Below, one piece after another: positions 7,714 to 15,613 of a stretch of DNA of 64,000 nt. A model generated the notes under the pieces. The model searched no databases and had not been told where the DNA came from. It saw nothing but the letters and a program-made list of their open reading frames with translations. Position 1 is the stretch's first letter, and every line of letters begins with the position of its first letter. The DNA lies in assembly GCA_028709785.1 (NCBI GenBank), contig JAQUTK010000001.1, positions 147,845 to 211,844 on the forward strand. The letters run 5' to 3'. Made by a program: the position numbers and the translations under genes. Source of the stretch: Bacteroidales bacterium. GTDB taxonomy: Bacteria > Bacteroidota > Bacteroidia > Bacteroidales > JAQUTK01.

Positions 7714-10623
7714 GTGAAACATTTTATTACTACCCTGTTAATAGTCTTATTCCCACTATTTTCCACAGCAAGCCCTGTATTTAAAACTAACACTAGTTAC
7801 CGTATTGCTTGTATCCAAGACGGCAATAAAGGCGGCATAGTTACCGGAGATTTGCATAGCAGTACTTATCCAATAGTTTATGATCCCGCTGCAGCTTCTA
7901 CTGTTGCTGATGCCTTTTGGATAATTACTGAGATTGGCACAGGATCTGGGAAATATACCATCCAGAATGCGTCAACAAAGCAATACATTTCGTATGACAC
8001 TAATTACGATCCGAAAAGAAATTTGACATTAGTAGATGCATTGAATGGTGATACGACCTTATTTAAACTTACTTTACATACAGTGAATGGTGTCGATTAT
8101 TATTCAATTTCGTCTGTTGCAGTTCCTGGCTTAGTTTTTAACCGAAGAGGGAGTGATAAGGAAAATATGGTGGGCTTTTATACTCATGACGGTTCAAGTA
8201 CCAATGAGCAATTTGCTTTTTATGATGCAAGCGGTGCGGTTGTGAAAGATGACGCTGTGACGGTCATTGTGGATGAAGGTACTGCTTTGGCTGTTTCCGG
8301 CCCGTTGGCTGCCTATCTTGGTGAGTTCTCGCTGAGCGGTAAGCCACTTGTTTATAATAAAAGATCTGGGTTCAGTACTTATTTTTTCTCAGTTCCTCTG
8401 ACTTTGATGGATAATGACGTAGAGCGTACTGTTCACTTTACGGTTAAGAATACCGCTTATACTGTAACTATCAACGGCACAAAAGTGACCGATGAGAGTG
8501 ATTATACATTTGCCGATGTCACAGCAGGAAAAAACTTCACAATTAAAATAATGAATGGAACCCGCGAGTTGCTTTCCACTACATTGACATTTACCGGGTT
8601 GCCGATCGTGCAAATGACGTATGCCTCCGTCAATGGGAATGTGTATTCTCCCGGTTTTATTACCGTTCATGAGCCGGCAAAGAATCTGACTCCGGAGAAA
8701 TTGAATTCGGAATATAAATGGCGTGGTGCCACAGCAATGGGTCAAGCAAAAAAATCGTTCAATATAAAGTTAAAAGACGCTCTTGGTGAAAAGATGCACA
8801 AGAGTTTTTTTGGTTTGCGTGAAGATAACAATTGGGTGTTGGATGCCATGGCAATTGATTATGCACGTATGAGAAACCGCGTATCAACCGATTTGTGGAA
8901 TGATTTTTCTACTCCACCCTATCAAACGTCTTTCGAGAATGGAGTGATCAATGGAACTCGTGGGCAGTTTGTGGAAGTATTTATCAATGAAGAATATTCG
9001 GGCTTGTATTGCATGACAGAGAAAGTTGACAGAAAGCAACTTAAACTGAAAAAATACGATGAAGTAACGAAACAGGTTAACGGCGTACTCTACAAATCTA
9101 CAGATTGGTCTTTTGAAGTTTTTATGGGAGGATCTAATAATGATCAACCTCAAAAAACATCTGTTCCTGATCCGATGGACTATCAGGGTGAATCCTGGAA
9201 TGGTTTTGAGGCTAAATATCCCGATTTGGGTGATGGTGAAGTCGTGGACTGGAGACCATTGTATTCAGCGGTCAATTTTACGGCCTTTTCATCCAATGAT
9301 TATTTTGCTTCAAATGTCAATCAAGCATTTGATATGCCCGTTATGACAGATTATTATCTGTTTATAGAGCTGCTTTTGGCAACAGACAATCAAGGGAAAA
9401 ACATGTACTTTTATGCGTATGACAAAAATACATCCGGTAAGATTAGTGTTGCTCCATGGGATTGTGACGGCACCTTTGGCCGAAGATGGAATGGCTCAAA
9501 AGACTGGGGATCTGGAAACTGTCTTCCGGAACAAGACTTTACAGCTTTTGTTATCGCCAATGAACATGGACAGAGCAATCTCTTTATGCGATTGATGCAG
9601 GGCAATGTCAATGGTTTCAATAACTCCTTACGGATGCGCTATGCTCAACTACGTAGTACCTTCTTCTCTCCGGAGAAGCTGATCGCTCGTTTTACTGCTT
9701 ACAACGCTATGTTTGAAAAGAGTGGCGCGGGAGCTCGCGAAGTATCCCGCTGGAACGGTTATAGTGTGAGCAATCTGAATTTTCAGTCTGAAATAAACTT
9801 CCTAACGGATTGGATCACAAGGAGAATAGCCTATCTGGATAATCAGTATGATTATGGAAGTCTGGGAAAGAAAGCTCCTCAGATAACATTGTCTATACCT
9901 GACACTATTACATATGGTGATGGTGCAGTTGATTTCACTCTGACATCCACGAACAAAGAAACTCCAATCAAATATTCATTCTCTGTTCCTGATATCTTTT
10001 CAGTAAATGAAACTTCTACCAAATTAATTCCGTTGAGAGCCGGCTCGTTATTATTGAATGTCAGTCAAGCATATAGCGATACCTATGCGAAGTTGGATAC
10101 CTCTATTTTTATGAAGGTTTATAAGAAGAACCTCTATGTAATTGCTGATAATAAGCAAAAAGAGTCAGGTACTGCAAATCCGGACTTTTCATATCATTAC
10201 GAAGGGTTACTTCCTACTGATAATCTGGCTCAGGTGTTCTCGATTTATCCGACAGTTTCCTGTGAGGCAACTGCAGAATCACCTGACGGAGAATATCCGA
10301 TTGTTGCATCCAAAGGTTTTGTGCTTGCAAGAGTGAACTATAATATTGTTCCTGTCAATGGTGTTCTGACGATTGGATCCATACAGTCCGGTGCTAAAGA
10401 TGAGACCATTTCTGTGGGCATCTATCCAAATCCTGTTTCTGATGTTTTAAGGATCAGCAATCTTGCACAGGGTACTTCTGTCATTATAGTTGACTCATAT
10501 GGAAGGATTATTTATTCCGGAAAAGCGGATGAAGAGGAAATGCAGATTGATCTCAGAGGTCGTGATGCCGGTTTATACTATCTCAAAGCCGGGGATAAGA
10601 GCTATAAGATTATCAAGAAATAA
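7714..10623 (+). CDS. secreted CotH-kinase-like protein with one Ig-like+MBG-like module and a T9SS CTD (paralog 3)
   Basis: The preferred start is GTG 7714 (VKHFITTLLIVLFPLFSTA aligns with the signal peptides of paralogs 1 and 2). The ATG 7633 extension lies upstream of the promoter box. CotH motifs LREDNNWVLDAMAIDYARMRNRVSTDLWN, LLATDNQGKNMYFY, PWDCDGTFGRRW. One Ig+MBG module at 9874-10374. CTD YPNPVSD...GLYYLKAG...KIIKK. Confidence 0.75.
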   Translation: MKHFITTLLIVLFPLFSTASPVFKTNTSYRIACIQDGNKGGIVTGDLHSSTYPIVYDPAAASTVADAFWIITEIGTGSGKYTIQNASTKQYISYDTNYDPKRNLTLVDALNGDTTLFKLTLHTVNGVDYYSISSVAVPGLVFNRRGSDKENMVGFYTHDGSSTNEQFAFYDASGAVVKDDAVTVIVDEGTALAVSGPLAAYLGEFSLSGKPLVYNKRSGFSTYFFSVPLTLMDNDVERTVHFTVKNTAYTVTINGTKVTDESDYTFADVTAGKNFTIKIMNGTRELLSTTLTFTGLPIVQMTYASVNGNVYSPGFITVHEPAKNLTPEKLNSEYKWRGATAMGQAKKSFNIKLKDALGEKMHKSFFGLREDNNWVLDAMAIDYARMRNRVSTDLWNDFSTPPYQTSFENGVINGTRGQFVEVFINEEYSGLYCMTEKVDRKQLKLKKYDEVTKQVNGVLYKSTDWSFEVFMGGSNNDQPQKTSVPDPMDYQGESWNGFEAKYPDLGDGEVVDWRPLYSAVNFTAFSSNDYFASNVNQAFDMPVMTDYYLFIELLLATDNQGKNMYFYAYDKNTSGKISVAPWDCDGTFGRRWNGSKDWGSGNCLPEQDFTAFVIANEHGQSNLFMRLMQGNVNGFNNSLRMRYAQLRSTFFSPEKLIARFTAYNAMFEKSGAGAREVSRWNGYSVSNLNFQSEINFLTDWITRRIAYLDNQYDYGSLGKKAPQITLSIPDTITYGDGAVDFTLTSTNKETPIKYSFSVPDIFSVNETSTKLIPLRAGSLLLNVSQAYSDTYAKLDTSIFMKVYKKNLYVIADNKQKESGTANPDFSYHYEGLLPTDNLAQVFSIYPTVSCEATAESPDGEYPIVASKGFVLARVNYNIVPVNGVLTIGSIQSGAKDETISVGIYPNPVSDVLRISNLAQGTSVIIVDSYGRIIYSGKADEEEMQIDLRGRDAGLYYLKAGDKSYKIIKK

Positions 10624-10642
10624 TACACTTGTATTTGTAATA

Positions 10643-10680
10643 AAAAAAGGAAGTCTTTGGTAAGGCTTCCTTTTTTGTTT
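10643..10680 (+). terminator. rho-independent (bidirectional-type) terminator after CotH paralog 3
   Basis: AAAAAAGGAAG (10643-10653) pairs with CTTCCTTTTTT (10666-10676), with further inner pairs. It has an A-run on the left and a T-run on the right. Confidence 0.7.
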
Positions 10681-10788
10681 GATAGAAAGTATCCTAAAGA
10701 TTGATAGAGCGATATTTTTGTCTGAAGAATACTTTGATATCTGTAATTCCATTATCTTTGAGGAATTATTAATTTAAAAGAGAGAACT

Positions 10789-11346
10789 ATGGCTTTATTT
10801 ATTGTATTAGGAGTAATAGTAATAATCGTACTTTGGGTTATTTCTATGTACAACTCGTTGGTCAGACTCAGAAACAACCGCGAGAATGCGTTTGCTGACA
10901 TTGACGTGCAGTTGAAACAACGTCATGATTTGATTCCTCAGTTGGTCGAGACGGTCAGAGGCTATGCTTCGCATGAAAAAGAGACACTTGACCGGGTTGT
11001 AAGTGCGCGTAATGGCGCGATAGGAGCTCGTACCATCGATGATAAAATTGTAGCTGAAAACATGCTGACAACAGCTTTAGCCGGACTAAAAGTGACCGTC
11101 GAGGCTTATCCGGATCTGAAGGCTAATCAAAACTTTATGCAATTGCAGGAAGAGATTTCAGATATTGAGAACAAACTTTCTGCTGTACGTCGCTTCTTCA
11201 ACTCTGCCACAAAAGAATTTAACAATGCCGTGCAGGTATTTCCGTCCAATCTGATTGCAGGGATGTTCGGATTCCACAAGGAAATGATGTTTGACTTAGG
11301 CGAACAACGCGCTAGTCTGGAAGAAGCTCCAACCATTAAGTTCTAA
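10789..11346 (+). CDS. lemA: LemA family membrane protein
   Basis: 185 aa with an N-terminal TM helix, then YNSLVRLRN..ENAFADIDVQLKQRHDLIPQLVETV and EAYPDLKANQNF, characteristic of LemA. Confidence 0.8.
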   Translation: MALFIVLGVIVIIVLWVISMYNSLVRLRNNRENAFADIDVQLKQRHDLIPQLVETVRGYASHEKETLDRVVSARNGAIGARTIDDKIVAENMLTTALAGLKVTVEAYPDLKANQNFMQLQEEISDIENKLSAVRRFFNSATKEFNNAVQVFPSNLIAGMFGFHKEMMFDLGEQRASLEEAPTIKF

Positions 11347-11358
11347 AAACGATTATCT

Positions 11359-12327
11359 ATGCAATATGTTGGAATAGAAACACAACAGAGAACGAATAAC
11401 TTTCGCTCTGTTGTGCTGCTTGTTCTTTTTCCCTGCCTGGTCATTCTTCTGACTTATCTGTTTTGCTTTCTGTTGACCATGCTGACGGTTCGACGTTATC
11501 CGGGTAACCCTCTTCCGATGGAAACAGCCAATGTCATGTTTGTGAATTATGCGCCGGTTGTCCTTTTGGGCGTATTAGTCTGGTTTTTTGTCGCCTATTT
11601 TGCCAACACATGGATTATAAACAACTCGACAGGAGCTGTCCCGTTAGAGCGCAAAGACAATAAAAGAGTCTACAATCTGGTCGAAAACCTTTGTATGAGC
11701 CGGGGAATGAAAATGCCCAAGGTGAATATTATCTATGATGACTCCCTAAATGCTTATGCAAGTGGCATCAATGAAAGTAGTTATACCGTGACCCTTTCCA
11801 AGGGAATTATAGAAAAGTTGGATGACAGTGAACTGGAGACTGTGATTGCACACGAACTGACTCATATCCGTAACAGGGATGTGCGGGTCTTGATTGTGTC
11901 GATTGTTTTTGTCGGATTGTTTTCCATGTTGGCGCAAATAGCGATTCGTTCCCTTTATTACTCATCATTGGGACGGAGTAACCGTAATGGCAAAGGTAGT
12001 GCCTTGCCGATACTCTTGATTGTGATAGCAGTGGCGGCGATAGGATTCTTTTTTGCCTCTTTAATGCGCTTTGCAATCTCGCGTAATAGGGAATTTATGG
12101 CGGATGCGGGTGCGGCCGAGATGACCAAAAACCCTCATGCTCTGGCTAGTGCGTTACGCAAGATTTCCAACGATCCCGAGATAGAAGCAGTGACCCGTAA
12201 CGATGTTGCTCAATTATTTATCGAGCATCCCCATACGAAAAGTGAAAGCTATTTCAGTGGATTGAGTGGCTTGTTTGCAACACACCCACCTATCAAGAAA
12301 AGAATAGAGATATTGGAGCAGTTTTGA
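11359..12327 (+). CDS. M48 family zinc metalloprotease (HtpX-like), membrane-bound
   Basis: HELTHIRNRD (HExxH) lies between TM segments, and the protein has a C-terminal ATHPPIKKRI motif typical of M48/HtpX. It forms an operon-like pair with lemA (12-nt gap). Confidence 0.8.
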   Translation: MQYVGIETQQRTNNFRSVVLLVLFPCLVILLTYLFCFLLTMLTVRRYPGNPLPMETANVMFVNYAPVVLLGVLVWFFVAYFANTWIINNSTGAVPLERKDNKRVYNLVENLCMSRGMKMPKVNIIYDDSLNAYASGINESSYTVTLSKGIIEKLDDSELETVIAHELTHIRNRDVRVLIVSIVFVGLFSMLAQIAIRSLYYSSLGRSNRNGKGSALPILLIVIAVAAIGFFFASLMRFAISRNREFMADAGAAEMTKNPHALASALRKISNDPEIEAVTRNDVAQLFIEHPHTKSESYFSGLSGLFATHPPIKKRIEILEQF

Positions 12328-12365
12328 TAACAATTGCTTCTCAACATTTTTAATAACATGCATGT

Positions 12366-13289
12366 ATGGATTTTCAACTAATCGATGCACATTCCCATTT
12401 GTGGCTAAAACAAGACGCCGAAGTCGATGGAATGGCGATCAAAACCCTTGAAAACGGCCGGTCTCAGTTTATGGGTGAGATACGACAAATGTTGCCTCCC
12501 TTTATGATTGACGGACGAAACACAGCAGAAATCTTTCTTTCAAACATGGATTATGCACTGGTATCTGCGGCTGTGATTACCCAAGAATATATTGACGGCA
12601 TCCAGAACGACTACTTGATGCAAGTGATGACGCACTATCCGGAACGCTTTTTTGTCTGTGGCATGTGCGAGTTTCGTCGTCCCGGATTCTTTGAGCAGGG
12701 TAAGGAGCTGATCGCTTTGGGCTTTAAGGCACTAAAGATTCCGGCTCAACGATTACTGTTGAAAGAAGGAAGAGTCTTCTTGAACTCTGATGAGATGATG
12801 AAGCTTTTTCACTTTATGGAAGAGAAGCACATTATACTCTCCGTTGATCTGGCGGATGGCGACATTCAAACAGGCGAATTGGAAGAGGTGATTCGGGAGT
12901 GTCCGAAACTCAAGATTGCAATTGGTCATTTTGGAATGGTGACGCGTCCGAAATGGGAGGAACAAATCAAACTCGCTCGTTATCCCAATGTTCGTATTGA
13001 GTCAGGAGGAATAACATGGCTTTTCAACGAAGAGTTTTATCCTTTTAAAGGAGCAGTGAAAGCTATCTGTCGGGCTGCCGAATTGGTAGGAATGGATAAA
13101 TTGATGTGGGGTTCTGATTATCCTCGTACCATTACGGCGATCACGTATAAGATGTCTTATGACTTTGTACTCAAGTCGAAAGAATTAACAGAGACCGATA
13201 AGGCACAGTTTCTCGGGAAGAATGCCATTGAATTTTACGGTTTTAAGAATTTACCGGTATTGCCGTCTATCAAGAATATGTCCGAATAG
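12366..13289 (+). CDS. amidohydrolase-2 type metal-dependent hydrolase (TIM barrel)
   Basis: 307 aa. N-terminal IDAHSHLW metal-binding motif, later GHFG and WGSDYP motifs typical of the amidohydrolase-2 family. The substrate is unknown. Confidence 0.6.
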   Translation: MDFQLIDAHSHLWLKQDAEVDGMAIKTLENGRSQFMGEIRQMLPPFMIDGRNTAEIFLSNMDYALVSAAVITQEYIDGIQNDYLMQVMTHYPERFFVCGMCEFRRPGFFEQGKELIALGFKALKIPAQRLLLKEGRVFLNSDEMMKLFHFMEEKHIILSVDLADGDIQTGELEEVIRECPKLKIAIGHFGMVTRPKWEEQIKLARYPNVRIESGGITWLFNEEFYPFKGAVKAICRAAELVGMDKLMWGSDYPRTITAITYKMSYDFVLKSKELTETDKAQFLGKNAIEFYGFKNLPVLPSIKNMSE

Positions 13290-13395
13290 CATTGATTGTG
13301 TCATTAGTGCCGTCAATTTGTCAGATAAAAAGATTGGTATATGATTTGTGAGTTATGTGGGCAAACGAATTTAATAACATATAACAAATCATAGT

Positions 13396-15444
13396 ATGCA
13401 AAACGGTAGTATTGGGGTAACAACAGAGAATATTTTCCCCATCATCAAGAAATTCTTGTATAGTGATCACGAGATCTTCCTTCGTGAGATTATTTCGAAC
13501 GCAGTGGACGCCACACAAAAGATTAAAACACTAGCTTCGGTTGGTGAGTTTAAAGGTGATCTGGGTGATTTGACCATTCAGGTAAAAGTAGACAAAGACA
13601 AAGGTACAATCACTGTATCCGACCGTGGTGTTGGTATGACTGACGATGAGATGAGCCGCTATTTGAATCAGATTGCTTTTTCTGGTGCTGAAGAGTTTGT
13701 TGAGAAGTACAAAAATGAGGCCAATAATATCATCGGCCATTTCGGTTTGGGCTTTTACTCTTCATTTATGGTGTCCAATAAAGTGGAAGTCATAAGCAAA
13801 TCTTTCAAAGAAGACTCAAAAGGAGTGAAATGGACTTGTGATGGCTCTCCTGAGTTTACCATGGAGGATGATTCAAAAAGTGAGAGAGGTACTGAAATCA
13901 TCATGCATATAGATGATGATAATAAAGAATTTCTTGAAGAGGCCAAGATCTCCGGATTGTTGAAGAAGTATTGCAGTTTCTTACCCATCCCTATTGCTTT
14001 TGGCAAAAAGAAAGAGTGGAAAGATGGCAAAGATGTAGAAACAGCAGATGACAATGTTATCAATAATGTTAGTCCGGCATGGACACGTAAACCTGCTGAC
14101 CTGAAAGAGGAAGACTACAAAGGTTTCTATCAGGAATTATATCCTTACACAGACGAACCCTTGTTTCATATCCATCTGAATGTGGATTATCCGTTTACGT
14201 TGACTGGTATTCTTTATTTTCCGAAGATTAAGAGCAACGTCGATTTACATAAAAACAAGATCCAACTCTACTGTAACCAAGTCTTCGTTTCTGACTCGGT
14301 AGAAGGTATTGTACCTGAATTCATGACGTTGCTTCATGGTGTCATTGATTCGCCGGATATTCCTCTGAATGTATCCCGTTCCTACCTGCAAAGTGATGCC
14401 AATGTGAAAAAGATTTCTTCTCACATTACAAAAAAAGTGGCAGACCGTTTACAAGAGTTATTTAAGGAAGACCGTGCTCAGTTTGAGGCTAAGTGGGATG
14501 ACCTGAAGATCTTTGTTGAATACGGCGAACTAACTGATGAAAAGTTCTTTGAAAGAGCCGAGAAATTTACCCTGCTGAAGAACTCGGAAAACAGTTATTT
14601 TACATTGGAAGAGTACAAGAAACTTGTGGAGGGAAACCAAACAGACAAAGACAAACAATTAATTTATCTCTACACAACCAATCTTGATCAACAATACAGC
14701 TATATTGATGCGGCAAAAGAAAAAGGTTATGACGTATTGGTCATGGACGGACAACTGGATGTTCATTTTATAGGCAAGATAGAAGAAAAAGAGAAAGTGC
14801 GTTTTGTCCGTGTGGATAGCGATGTTGTGGATAATTTGATTCGTAAAGAAGATGCTGCGAAAGTAGAGTGGAGTGCAGAACAGAAGACTGCTTTAAAGAC
14901 CGTCTTTCAGTCTCAAACTCCTAAACAGGAGAAAGTTGAATTTATGGTTCAGTTTGAAGCATTGGGGGCAAATGCCAATCCGGTCATGCTAACACAAAAC
15001 GAGTATATGCGTCGTATGAAGGAGATGTCTGCCACTCAAACAGGTTTCAATTTTTATGGTGAAATGCCTGATTCATATAATTTGGTTGTTAATACAAATC
15101 ATCCTTTGACTCAAAGAGTTCTTGAAGATCAGGAGACCGCTTGTAATGAAAAATTAGCTCCTGTACAGACAGAGCTCAAAATGGCAGAGGCGAAACGTGA
15201 TGAACTTCAAAATAGCCAGAAAGGGAAAAAAGACGAAGAGATTTCTTTAGATGAAAAAGAGGCTCTTGATGCTGCAAAGAAACAAGTCGAAGAGTTGCAG
15301 GCAGACCGTGACGCAATACTAACTTCCTATGCAAAAGAGAATAAGTTGGTAAGTCAGTTGATTGACCTGGCTCTTTTGTCCAATAATATGTTGAAGGGTG
15401 AGGCGCTGAGCAACTTTGTAAAGCGGAGTTTTCAGATGATTTGA
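13396..15444 (+). CDS. htpG: molecular chaperone HtpG (Hsp90)
   Basis: 682 aa. The GHKL ATPase N-terminus (KKFLYSDHEIFLREIISNAVDA, DRGVGMT, IGHFGLGFYSSFMV) and overall length match bacterial Hsp90. Confidence 0.9.
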   Translation: MQNGSIGVTTENIFPIIKKFLYSDHEIFLREIISNAVDATQKIKTLASVGEFKGDLGDLTIQVKVDKDKGTITVSDRGVGMTDDEMSRYLNQIAFSGAEEFVEKYKNEANNIIGHFGLGFYSSFMVSNKVEVISKSFKEDSKGVKWTCDGSPEFTMEDDSKSERGTEIIMHIDDDNKEFLEEAKISGLLKKYCSFLPIPIAFGKKKEWKDGKDVETADDNVINNVSPAWTRKPADLKEEDYKGFYQELYPYTDEPLFHIHLNVDYPFTLTGILYFPKIKSNVDLHKNKIQLYCNQVFVSDSVEGIVPEFMTLLHGVIDSPDIPLNVSRSYLQSDANVKKISSHITKKVADRLQELFKEDRAQFEAKWDDLKIFVEYGELTDEKFFERAEKFTLLKNSENSYFTLEEYKKLVEGNQTDKDKQLIYLYTTNLDQQYSYIDAAKEKGYDVLVMDGQLDVHFIGKIEEKEKVRFVRVDSDVVDNLIRKEDAAKVEWSAEQKTALKTVFQSQTPKQEKVEFMVQFEALGANANPVMLTQNEYMRRMKEMSATQTGFNFYGEMPDSYNLVVNTNHPLTQRVLEDQETACNEKLAPVQTELKMAEAKRDELQNSQKGKKDEEISLDEKEALDAAKKQVEELQADRDAILTSYAKENKLVSQLIDLALLSNNMLKGEALSNFVKRSFQMI

Positions 15445-15469
15445 TTCATTATTATAACAAAAGATAGAG

Positions 15470-15503
15470 AGAGGAGAGTCCTGATGGATATCTCCTCTTT
15501 TTG
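15470..15503 (+). terminator. rho-independent terminator after htpG
   Basis: An 8-bp stem AGAGGAGA (15470-15477) / TCTCCTCT (15491-15498) followed by TTTTTG. Confidence 0.65.
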
Positions 15504-15613
15504 CGTTAGTTCGGATATTATGAGTGATCAGTCGGTTTTTTTAGTTCAAGAAAAACTCTTTTGTGAATTTGTTTGTACATTTGACATTCCGAAATATGAT
15601 ATATGGTTATACA

